56,684 bases of DNA. It comes from Spirogloea muscicola. Its lineage: Eukaryota. The translations under genes and the position numbers were made by a program. Numbering within the stretch: position 1 is the first letter of the stretch; each line of letters begins with the position of its first letter. Positions 1-12,914 of this stretch are shown here, piece after piece. The stretch spans positions 956,362 to 1,013,045 of the forward strand of contig WELB01000013.1 of the NCBI GenBank assembly GCA_009602725.1. Reading direction: 5' to 3'. The notes beneath the pieces are model-generated. The model had not been told where the DNA came from and searched no databases. It saw only the letters and a list, made by a program, of their open reading frames with translations.

Positions 1-1931
1 GCTTGCGGCGCTGGCGGTGGCGGCGTCGGTGGCCGCCGTGACCGCCGCCGGCGGCGCCGCCGCTTGGGGCATCGACGGGCACGAGGTCGTCTGCAACGTC
101 GCCCAGGCAGGTGGCCCCTCCCCAGCCAGGAACCCCGCTTCGCGGCGGGCGCCCTGCCGCCTGGCCGCCTTCCCCGCCGCCTTTCCCGCCGCCACCGCCG
201 CAGGCGCTGCCATTGCCGAGGATAGTGTCGCCGTTAGCTGCGCCTGGTGACCCGGGGGCCGCGGGCGCCGCCATAGCGGCTCCTCGCGGCGGCTGACGGC
301 GAGCGGCGGCGGCGCCTCCGCGCAGGGCCTGCTGGGCGCCAGCGCCGCCGCGGGCGTGGAGCGCCTGCTGCCACCCTGGGCGCGCGGCTCACTGGCCGCC
401 GCCTGCCTCTGGGCGGACGACATCAAGTGGCAGTGGCAGTGGCACTGGACCGCGCCGCTGCACTTCGTCGACACGCCCGACTTCCTCTGCCGCTACGACT
501 ACGGTCGCGACTGCCACAACGACGCGCGCGAGCCCGGGATGTGCGCCGCGGGCGCCGTCGACAACTACACGGCGCAGATCGATGACGGCTGGGCGCCGCT
601 GCCGGCGGCCTCCGGAGCTCCGAGCTTGCGGACGGGCGTCGCTGCCGAGCTGCTGAGGACGGTCGTGCCCTTGGCCCCCACCGTCGCCGCGGCGGCCTTC
701 AACCTCACCGAGGCGCTCATGTTCCTCGCCCACATCGTCGGCGACATCCACCAGGTGCTCAATTAACGTACTTCTGCAGCACAGGTGATGCCGCCCGCCG
801 CTTGGATGACAATGAGTGTTAGTCACAGGTACTTACGAAAGGGCCATGCAGGCCGATGCTATGGCCCCTTGTGGCCTTGCTGCTATTCGTATTTTACTGC
901 GCCCCACAGCCGCTGCACGTGGGCTTCACCAGTGACCTTGGTGGGAACACAATTCACGTACGCTGGTTCAACCATGCGCACAACCTGCATCAGGTGATCG
1001 CATGGCTCCCTCGCTCATTACTGGTCCCTCGGTTGCTCATTGCTTGTCGCTTGTCGCTCGTCGTTCGTCGCTCGTTTCATATCTCTCGGCTCGAGCATAT
1101 ACAAATGCGCATTGCCACCTGACGCAAAAGGCGATTCGTCGCAGGATTGCATTTTCCTTTCCAAGAGCTTGACTGCCGTTGCAAGAAATATGCTAGCAGG
1201 GGAGGATGTGTAGTTGACGAGGCTTGCAAGTACTTGACGTGGCAGGTGTGGGATGACGAGATCATCATCCACGCTATCGTGACGAGGTACAAGTGGAGCC
1301 AGCGGGCCATGACGGATGCACTTCGGCGCCGTCTGGCGAGCACGTGGGCAGAGGATGCTCGGCAGTGGGCAACCTGCACTGGAAATCAGACCGCATGCCC
1401 GGATCAGTGAGCCTCACATCTTGTGCTGAATTCTTGGTTCTTATAGTAAGCAAGTTGTTGACTGGTAGTTTCAAGTGCTGTTTGAAGCATCGCTGACTTA
1501 CACTGTTGCTGATCACAGGTATGCCAGGGAGAGCATCAAGGCTGCTTGTCAATTTGCATACAGAGGCGCAACGCCTGGATCCCACCTTGGCGGTATTGTC
1601 TGGGCAAACCCTTCGTAATCTGCTGGCACTTTTCCTTTGCAAACTGCATACATATACTGGAGGAGCACGGCTTTCAGCAGGTGTTACAGTTCAGCTGTAG
1701 ATTCGTGCTATATTATACCCTTCTTAAGTGTTAAGTCACTCTCTTGGTCAATGTATGAGGTTATTGAGACTTCTAAGGTGGTTCAACCTTGACATCTTGC
1801 TGGTTGCAGAAGAGTACTTCAGTACGCGGCTGCCCATTGTGGAGCAACGCCTTGCAATGGCTGGCGTACGATTGGCCTCCATACTCAACAATATCTTCTC
1901 GTCGTCAATCAACATGGACAAATCCGCATGA
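1..1931 (+). CDS. S1/P1 nuclease (plant ENDO/BFN-like), spliced, 5' end outside window; exons ~<1-106, 326-754, 910-993, 1246-1406, 1519-1592, 1810-1931
   Basis: Spliced translation gives WGIDGHEVVCNVAQ / CLWADDIK / LHFVDTPD / NLTEALMFLAHIVGDIHQ-PLHVGF..DLGGN..NLHQ-VWD / YARES..AC..AY / EEYFSTRLPIVEQRLAMAGVRLA..LN. These are the canonical Zn-binding S1/P1 motifs, and intron phases are consistent. Confidence 0.95.
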
Positions 1932-1939
1932 CAACTTGG

Positions 1940-4900
1940 AGGCAGAGAGCGTGGAGTGGGCACGGTCGAAGGAGTCGGTTGTCAAGACATCCAGAATGAG
2001 GCTCGGTCCGCCAGCCAGTGGAGTGGCCAGGGGGTCAACCCGTCGTCTGGCGTGGAGACCGTCACCCTTGTGTTGATGAAGCGGCAATACCGAGGAGTTC
2101 TCTGCGGTCTCTGCGGCCACTGAAAAGCTTGCCTCCACGAGGATGCCATGCATGACTTCGTGGAAGAAGTGCTCGTAGAGCTCGTAGAGGAGAGGGGCTT
2201 AGGGTTAGAGTTTAGGGTTTAGGGGTTTAGGGTTTAGGGCTGGGAAAGGCGAGCCCAACAAGAATGAGTCTCTTGTGGAATCAAATTGGAAGAGCTTTCT
2301 TTTACCAGTTTTGGGTGGCTGTTCACAGCCCTTGCCCCGTTTTCTTTTTAGCTGAAAGAGCTGTTCCTTTGGGAGAGCCACATACTTTTGGGCTGGCCAG
2401 TCTGTCTACCGCCCCTGCCTTATATTGGAAGAGCCTTGGGCCGTATTCACTCATTTTGGGCTTGCAGGGGAATTCACGTGTATTTGAAACAAACGGAAGG
2501 CCAGATGGCCAAGTACAAAGGCAAGCATATCGCGTACATAGCCTGTAGACGATTGACCCGCTCAATAACCACGGGTCAATACGTAGAGGTCGCTATCAAC
2601 GCCTGAATACTAGATGGCAGATACAAAGCCCTCCTGCTACCAAGTAGAGCTCGCCCAGCTTTCTGGTGCGCAGCATTAGCCTGAGCACGCTGCAAACAGG
2701 CCGAAACTCGTCATTGCAAGAACGACAGATATGCAGCTGGCAAGCCCATCTCAGCCGGAAACACATCTGCACGTCGGGCGTAGCCTAGAGTGGCAAGATT
2801 CTGGAGAGTGTGGAAACGAGGACCTAAACAGCCAAAGTCGACTGCCGCTGGCAGGAGCTGATCGCATTGGGGATAACCGGAATAGTGCTGCAGCTTTCTT
2901 TGTTCTGCACTGCCTACTGCGTGGCCAGCGATGTGCATCGATGCTGGATCGATGCTGGCCTCCGTAACAACAAAATGGACCAAGGCCCGTTGCCCTCCAC
3001 CAGGTTGCACGCCCACAATGTCAAGTGTGCCGCGATGATGACGGCCCTGGGCATCCGTGGTGATAGGCATGATGTTGCTCACTTCCACGACCACACGGTA
3101 CCCGGCGTCGCGCATCAAAGCCGCCAGGGCATCGCGGAGGTTGTGGATGCCCACCACTTCTGGTCCAGTGGAGCATCGCAGCATGTGAGTGGCGATCTCA
3201 GCACCCTCTGCACGGAAGCCACACTCACACTGGCGTACCCCAATGAGGTGGGAGGCCGAGGAAGAGTTGAAGCAACGTCCGAAAGGCCTCGGAGCTGAAG
3301 CTGAAGGCGTTGGCAACGGCGTGTGATGTGATCCAGGCGGTGGCACCAGGTGTGGCGAGAGAAGTAAGTCTTGCCAGGCTCCTTGGACTGTTCTGGATCT
3401 GTGGCAGCCTCCTCAACCTTCTGCGCCACTCATCTTCCACTGCCGTAACCGGTCTGGATTGTGCCCCTCTATCAGAAGCTTGGGCGAGGGCGGAGAATGG
3501 CGTGAGTAGGGGTTGTACAGAGGGAAAAGAGCTGATTGCCGAGTCGCGGATGCTTCTCAGATCCGCTTGGAAGGGGAAGCAGCCTTCCTCCACATTGCGT
3601 ACGGGGTCGTGGAGGTGAGGGAAGCGCATGGGAAGCAGAGAGGCGATCTGGTGCCAGCAGCCCAGGAAGGCTGCTTGCGCCGTCTGCTCCAGCGACCGGC
3701 TACTCTGATTTGCAACTACTGACTAGAGGTTACTGAGAGTTTATTTGCTGCCGTCTCAGCACTTAGTACCTTGCTTTCTGCACCATCCGGCTCCTTCAGA
3801 CCTTGTCCATCCCTTCGGGCTGGCCTCTCACAGCCACCAGTCAATAGACCGCGCTTTCTCCAACGACCGGCAGCCAAGGCCGCCCATGCGAGTGGGAAGT
3901 CAGAGCGACGTCTATCCGTCTGCTAGCTATTTTGATTTGCATCGACTGACTCGAGGTTACTGAGAGTCCCCTTGCTGCCCCTTGCCCCTTGCTGCGTTCA
4001 CGGGGCCTTCGGCAGTGGCTGGTTGGATCTCCTCCAGCGGCTTGCCCGGCAGGCCATCGAGCCGAGTTGGGACGAGTTCGTACCCCTGGCCGTGGATGTG
4101 CACGGGGCTCTCGGGTCCCAGTGGCTCGACCTGCTGGCCGAGCTTGCGCGACGCGCTGTGTCCCGCAGGCGAGGTGAGCAGGCTGACTTCAACGCCGCTG
4201 GCTCATTGGCCCAAGTCTATCGCATGCGACTAGCCGTATCCCTTCAGCGGGCCATGGCCCACGCTTTGCACCTGCGTGCTGGCCGTGCTCTCGCTGCTGC
4301 CTCTGGCTTTCTTCAGGGCGATTGTTTTCCGCCAGCTAGTCTGTCGGATTTGTGGCTCCTCACTCGTTGTTATTGAGTGATTCATCCTTCCCTAGTTTAG
4401 AGCTAGCGCCTCTGGCCCCTACGTAGTTTGGCCCCTTCGAACCTTTTCAATTCTTTTTGGGCTGGCTCACAGTCCTTGCCCCCATTGGGAGAGCCACTTC
4501 TTCTATGGCCGAGCAATTTCTTCTTATCTTTCTTGCAGAGGTCCCTTGAATTTGCCGTCCACCTGCGGGCAGGCCGCGCCTTGGCTGCAGCCTCCGGGTA
4601 TCTTGCTTCTTGGTGGCTCGAGCTGCTCAACCGGCTCTCACGTCACGCCATCGTCCGCCGCTTCCATGGGGAGCCGGTGGACTTCCATGCAGCCGGGTCG
4701 CTAGCGCAGGTGTACCGCATGCGCTTGGCCGTCTCGCTGCAGAGGTCTATGGCCCGCGCGCTGCACCTGCGTGCTGGCAGAGCCCTCGCTGCTGCCTCTG
4801 GCTCTGGCCAGGGAGAAAGCGCGCGGAGCGCATGACATGACAGGGAGGCAATTTCAATTTCAAGCCAACACAGTGTTCAGGCAGAGCCTTGTGCAAAGTA

Positions 4901-5580
4901 AACAAGGCTACATAATACGGAGACCTACACTGAGGTGCCCAAGGTGACGTTAGTACCGAGACGGGACCCGCTTCCAGGAACCCAGTTTCTCTGATGCTGC
5001 TTAGCAGGGGTTACTGAATGCTTCGTCGCTGCTAAGTGTTTTTTGTGCTTGTGTTTTTTAGTGCTTTCCCTGGCCCCTTCTCGTCTTTTGTTCATTCTTT
5101 TTTGGGCTGGCTTTTTCCAGCCCCTATCCTCAACGGCCGAGCCCTTCTTCTTGCGCCATCAGACCCTGTCCGGCTGCTTAGCAGGGGTTACTGAGTGCTT
5201 CGTAGCTGCGTAGTTTCTGATTGTGCTGTTTTCCTTAGTGCTTCCCCTGGCCCCTTCTCGTCCTTTGTTCGTTCTTTTTTGGGCTGGCTTCTTCCAGCCC
5301 CTATCCTCAATGGGCGAGCCCTTCTTCTTTTCAGAGAGAATGGCGCGCCTTAGAGAAGATAGCCTTTGTTTGTTTAAAATACACGAAATAATCCCTACAG
5401 AAGAGGGGCTGGCTTTCCGGCCTTCGATTGTTCTAAATACACGAAACGTTCTCAGACCTTGTCCATTCCTTTGGGCTGGCCTCTCATAGCTGCACAAAGT
5501 GAAACAAGCACAAAAAGAAGCAGCTACGAAGCACTTAGTAACCCCTGCTAAGCAGCCTTAGTCCAGAGAAACTGGGCTTA
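1940..5580. mobile_element. Cluster of degenerate, nested CRE-like (RLE) non-LTR retrotransposon fragments on both strands
   Basis: Minus-strand QCECG..HMLRC..HNLRDAL..GYRVVVE..LDIV (zinc knuckle + RLE) at 2711-3346. Plus-strand FVPLAVDVHGALG..YRMRLAVSLQR..LLTRCY* at 3990-4376 and 4610-4810. Repeated 3' UTR modules are present. Confidence 0.85.
2199..2239 (+). repeat. Interstitial plant-type telomeric repeat (TTTAGGG)n, about 5-6 imperfect units
   Basis: ttagggttagagtttagggtttaggggtttagggtttaggg. Confidence 0.9.
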
Positions 5581-6021
5581 TAAGCGCTGAAATAAACGGG
5601 CAGGCCGGAGCGAGGAGAAGGGGTCCCTCCGCTTCACACTGGCGCCAGTCTTGCCGACGTGGAGGGCTGGTTCGCGTGGAGCACCTTCCGCACGAGCGAA
5701 AAGCCAGCGTGGCCTGGGGCTTGCCTCAACTCCCGTGATCCCGAGTGGAGGACCCGGGCACGCCACGTGGCACGGGCAACTGTCTCTGGCCTCCCCGGGA
5801 CTTGCTGCTTCCCATCGCTGTGCCGCGTTTGGCGAACGCGGCGGCGGCGGCGGCGGGGACGGCGGCGGCGGCGGAGACGGCGGCGGCGACGGCGGCGGCG
5901 GCGGCGGCTGTTGAGAAGTCCGTCCAGGCGCTGCTGCTGTGCTTCGCTGAGGAAAGAGGGCATCGCCATCCCGAGTCGGCGGCGGCGGCGGCGGTGGCGG
6001 CGGCGCCGCCGGCGAGCTGCC

Positions 6022-8553
6022 ATGCTCGGCGTCCGGCAGGGGATGGCCGCTGCGAGGCTGGCGACCCCGGATCCTCGGCCGGGCCTGCCGCGGCCGGCGG
6101 CGGGCACCGCCTCCCGAGGCGCCGGGCTGGCGGCCCGATGCACTGTACCATGGCGGCAAGCGAGCGCGCCGCACGTCGGCTTTAAGTCCCCCGTAAGCTC
6201 TCTGGATATTATCGTTGATTATCTCGCTTAATTGGTCGCTCCTGAACGAGTGGAAGGCAGGGCTTGGCCACAATCCGCCTCATTAGCCCTTCAAATCGAG
6301 GCACTGAAAAAAGGACTCAGTGAGCTGGAGGATCCCTGACTCAAACCTGCACCTGAGCAATGGACCGCTCTGTTCAGACGCGTCAGGTCCGCGAGCCACT
6401 GCCGTCGTCGTCACGAGAGGTGCGGCGTCGGCTGGCGTTCGGAAGACCAGGGCAGGGTGACCGACGCGGCGCGCTCTCTAAGCCCTTGGCGGAGGCGACT
6501 CTGACCGACGTGAGGCCTGTTCGTGAGCCACCAGCCAGGCCATTGCCGCGGCCACCAAGGGCCCTGGTAAGCCCTCCGGAGCTGGGATCCCGTTTGCAGC
6601 CGCTTGGAGTTCCTCCTATGCAGCCATTGATGACCTTTCACTTTGCACGGATCTGCTGCCGACCCTTTTGCTTCGCTGTGACTATCAAGATCACGCAGAT
6701 AGAGAATACCAGAGCAATCGTGGTGTCATTGTCGGTTTTATTTTCCAGTCTCATGTGTAGTTTCTTCAGTTTGCCACGGCAGAGGCTCACGAGTGGCCAT
6801 GCACTGCGTGCAGGCTTACGAGCTTGTCCAGGGGCCGCTGGTACGTTGAGACAGGGCAGAGCCACTCTTGTCAGCTCACCTCCTGCTCAAGCGAAATTTA
6901 GTCCTGCATTGTCATGATTGGTTGTGATACAGCAGTGGGGCTCACGAAGACCTCACACTGTCTTTCTGGTGCGGAGGCCTCTGCTGGGGCTCCTCTGCTT
7001 TTGCTCTCTTGTTGAGAAGGCAGCCACCATTTGAGCGTGCTCTGCCTTATATGGTACTTAAGTTTACCTGTCAATGGGGACTTTGCTGTGGGCGAATGAT
7101 TGCCGTGCAGGTGAGGTGGACGGAGGTGAGGGACAGAACCCTTCCACCGCCGCCGACAGCTGTGCTGCTGCACGGCATCCTTGGGAGCCGCAAGAATTGG
7201 GGCAAGTGCCCTGCCATCAAACCCGCGACAGTCTACAATTTGGTTAACAAGACTTTCGTGATCCATAGTGTTGGAACACTTTCTTCCTTCTTCTTTCTTC
7301 TTTCTTCTGGAGGACTTTACTTTCACATGCAATGCGGTTCCTCCAGCTTGGGTAAATGGGATCTCAGACCTGCATTGTGCAAAGTGATGTTTCGAGCAGT
7401 TGGCTGATTGTCGTCTTGCTTGTGTCAGTCTCCTTCGCCAAGCGATTGGCTCAGGCATTTCCAACCTGGCAGGTACTACTCTGGCTTGCTTGAAGCTTCT
7501 CTTTGGATGGGTGACACCTGATTGCAGGATAGATGTGATACTACAATCGTAGCAGGCTATGCACAACAGGCTGCACTTTACTCAAGATCGTAAGTCAACA
7601 AGATCTGCAACTATCCACGATGACAGGCTGACACAAGCAGAGTGAGAATCACCACTGACAACCAATATGAGCTGTCACAGTTCTTGCTATGCGATCTGAG
7701 GTGCCACGGCGACTCCACCTTGCTGCAGAAGGCAGGCCCTCATGGTGTTGCATCTGCTGCCTCCGACGTACTCCAGCTGGTCAGTCCCAAGTCAAGCAAC
7801 ATAGAGTGGTATACCTTTACTAGCTTAGCCTATTCAACATTCTTGTGCTGAGCAAGCCCATGGCTCAACTCTCCTGCCTGCAAGACAAATACTTCTAGAT
7901 TGTTTGCAAGCCACCCCTTTGCATGGACGGAAGCTGCAGCTGTCAGCATGATCCACAGCTGCAGAAGCCAGCTTTGCAAAGCTACCACTTTGCTGTATCT
8001 CTGCAGATGGGTCAGCTAAGGATAACTCCCAGGGTCCTCATTGGGCATAGCTTTGGTGGCAAAGGTAGGTGTCTGTGCTGACTTGGCTCAGGTGCTGAGT
8101 CAGGCATTGCTATGCTGAGCTGCGTCCGTTGACAAGTTGTTTTTGCGCGTAGATTTTCGCCAGTGTGCTTTTCAGGAGCCCTTCAGAATCGTCTGTTTTT
8201 GCACTACCAGAATTTCACTGTCTCTGTGTTAAGCAAGCCTGGGCATCTTCTCGGGTTGCCGGGAGACAGCAACAAGTTACTCAAGCATGCGTGTGTTTTC
8301 TCTGGCAGTGGCCCTGAGTATGATTGACCAAGCAGCAAAGCCACTGGCAAGACCCATCCAAGTAATTTCGACTGGACAGGGATGCTCAAACGTTGTGCAT
8401 GGAAAGGCTTGGACTTGGGCTCTTGACTTACCACTTGGCATTGACCCACTTTTCACAGTGCAATGGAGTTGCAGCTTATTGAGCCCGGCAAGATCTGCGA
8501 GCCTCGTCCCACTTGTATGCACGCCACGTTGTATCCACCCGCAGGTTTGGGTG
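6022..8553 (+). pseudogene. ABHD11-like alpha/beta hydrolase, 3'-truncated; exons ~6022-6192, 6378-6566, 6814-6840, 7111-7201, 7429-7472, 7681-7779, 8007-8064, 8309-8361, 8545-8553
   Basis: AYELVQGPL-VRW..TAVLLHGILGSRKNW-VSFAKRLAQAFPTWQ-FLLCDLRCHGDS..-PRVLIGHSFGGK-VALSM..KPLARPIQ-VWV. It has the GHSFG nucleophile elbow. After VWV the sequence becomes retroelement ORF and no further hydrolase exons were found. The start codon is inferred. Confidence 0.8.
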
Positions 8554-9107
8554 TTCGCAGCTTCGTGGAGGGGCAGCTGCGAGCCCGCCTCGAGGAGCAC
8601 CTCCAGCCTGCGGCCCGGCTCCCCGAGCTGCAGGATATGCAGCTGCCTCTGGCCATGTTGACCAAGGCCATTGCGCAGAGTCCCCAGTATCTGACGCGGG
8701 CTACCCCGCCGTCCCCAGGGGCGCTGGCGGCGTACGCGGATTTCGACGCAGGCATGGTGACGAGCCTGGCGGCCCTGGTCCGCCACCAGGGCTTCCCCCA
8801 GTCGCCTGCCGCTTTTCATCAGGCGACGCTACCCCTCAGTCACAGCGGTCCCGGTTTGCGCCCGCTCGTCCGTTCCTGCCGTGCGGCGTACCTCGGCAGC
8901 TGGGCGCAGACAGCCGCCTCCGTGGCCCAGCGCTTCTTGGTCCACGGCCGGCGTGCGCTGGAGCAGGCGGTGGTGGAGGTAGAAACAGGTGTGCTGCCTT
9001 TCCAGGCGTCGCTACGCTCCGCCCACCAGGAGCTGCTCGCGGCGCACCCGGACCTGGAAGGCCAGGCGGTCTCCTTTGCGCATCTCGCGCACACCGCCGA
9101 CCTGCGC
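8554..9107 (+). mobile_element. Internal fragment of a CRE-like non-LTR ORF (post-RT/thumb region)
   Basis: Open frame FVEGQL..QYLTRATPP..QATLPLSHSGPGLRP..AAYLGSWAQT..LPFQASLRSAHQ. It is near-identical to the minus-strand copy at ~20970-21560. Confidence 0.85.
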
Positions 9108-9942
9108 TAGGACTTGGCGCCTGGAGTTCCGCTAGATCGTCAACCCTAAACCCTCGACCGAGGTGGGAGGTTGTACCGCCGGTGGAGGAGGGCTAGGACA
9201 AGCACTGGGTGTCAAGCTCTACTGCTCAGCCGATCCGCAGCTCGTCGCTTTTGGCATTGCCGGCTCGCTGTAAGAATTATGGCTGCATCGCATTATGTGG
9301 GGACAGCCACTGACCCTCAGCAGAGTCACTGTCTTTTGGGAGTGCCTCGGGGTGAAATTTCCGCTGCGATCTGCGCGCATGTGCGCTGTGCGCGCTGTCA
9401 TTCCACTGTAACAATGTTCTCTCTGAGATTCCCTATATTCGAACCATTACAGGATGTCCTGACCCTAACTGTGTACAGGGATTAGTATATTACAGTCATA
9501 AGTTAGTTTGCTACTTTTGTAAACTCCTCAATTTCGCGGAGATGAGGAGAAAGAAGCAGCATCAGAGAAATATTCAAGTAAGAGCATGTATTAAGAAACT
9601 TATGTAAACTCATTTTCATATAAGTCAACATTTCTAGAACTCTTGAGTACACGAATATACTGAGAGGCTCCACATCCGGAGATTTCTCCACAGAAAAACA
9701 ACTAGAACAACTAATCAGAGGAAGACGACTTCTTGAACCAAAATTGCTTTGGAAGCGTTGAGCAAGTTCATCTTGCAATGTTGTGAATATGAGTGTGGAA
9801 TACTGGCCAGAATGACCAGCCCTGGCTAATGACATAAGTGGTGTTGGCAATTTAAGTGAATGTGATACACTTCTTATGCTTATGCCTGTCCTCCACGCGG
9901 TAAGAACAGTGCATGTAAGAAGCCTACTCTACATGAGATGCT

Positions 9943-12510
<2,568 letters not shown>

Positions 12511-12587
12511 GGCCGCTGAAAATGCGGGCCGCCCTGCCGGGCCGCGGCGCCGCCGCCTCGGGCGAAGACTCCGCGCCGACAAGCGTC

Positions 12588-12621
<34 letters not shown>

Positions 12622-12914
12622 AATGCCAATGGCGGCAGTGGCGGCTCGGCTCGACCAGGCCGCCAGCTGGGCTGCCACGCAAGTCGTCACGTGGCGTAAG
12701 CGTGGGCCACCTGTCGTACCTGTCACGTGGCGCCGCCGCCGAGGTGGCAGATGGCGCCGGCCGTCAAAGGCGGCCCCGCTACCGGGGTGGGGCGCCGTTT
12801 GCGTCGCCGTTCCTGTTCAGTTAGCCGCCCGCTCCCGTCGCCTGCCGCGCTGCCCCGGTCCCCATCGCTGAGAACGGCGGGCATGGGCGACCTCGTGCTC
12901 AGGCGTGCTCGCCG

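Noticed and set aside
5634..5969. Minus-strand ORF starting MAMPSFLSEAQQQRLDGLLNS, divergent from the ABHD11-like gene
   Set aside because: It looks protein-like but runs into a (GCC)n tract. No family was recognised, no downstream exons were found, and it is very close to the opposite ATG.
9490..9860. AT-rich 115-aa minus ORF, possible organellar or viral insert
   Set aside because: No recognisable motif; it lies in the probable 3' UTR/intergenic zone of the minus-strand gene.
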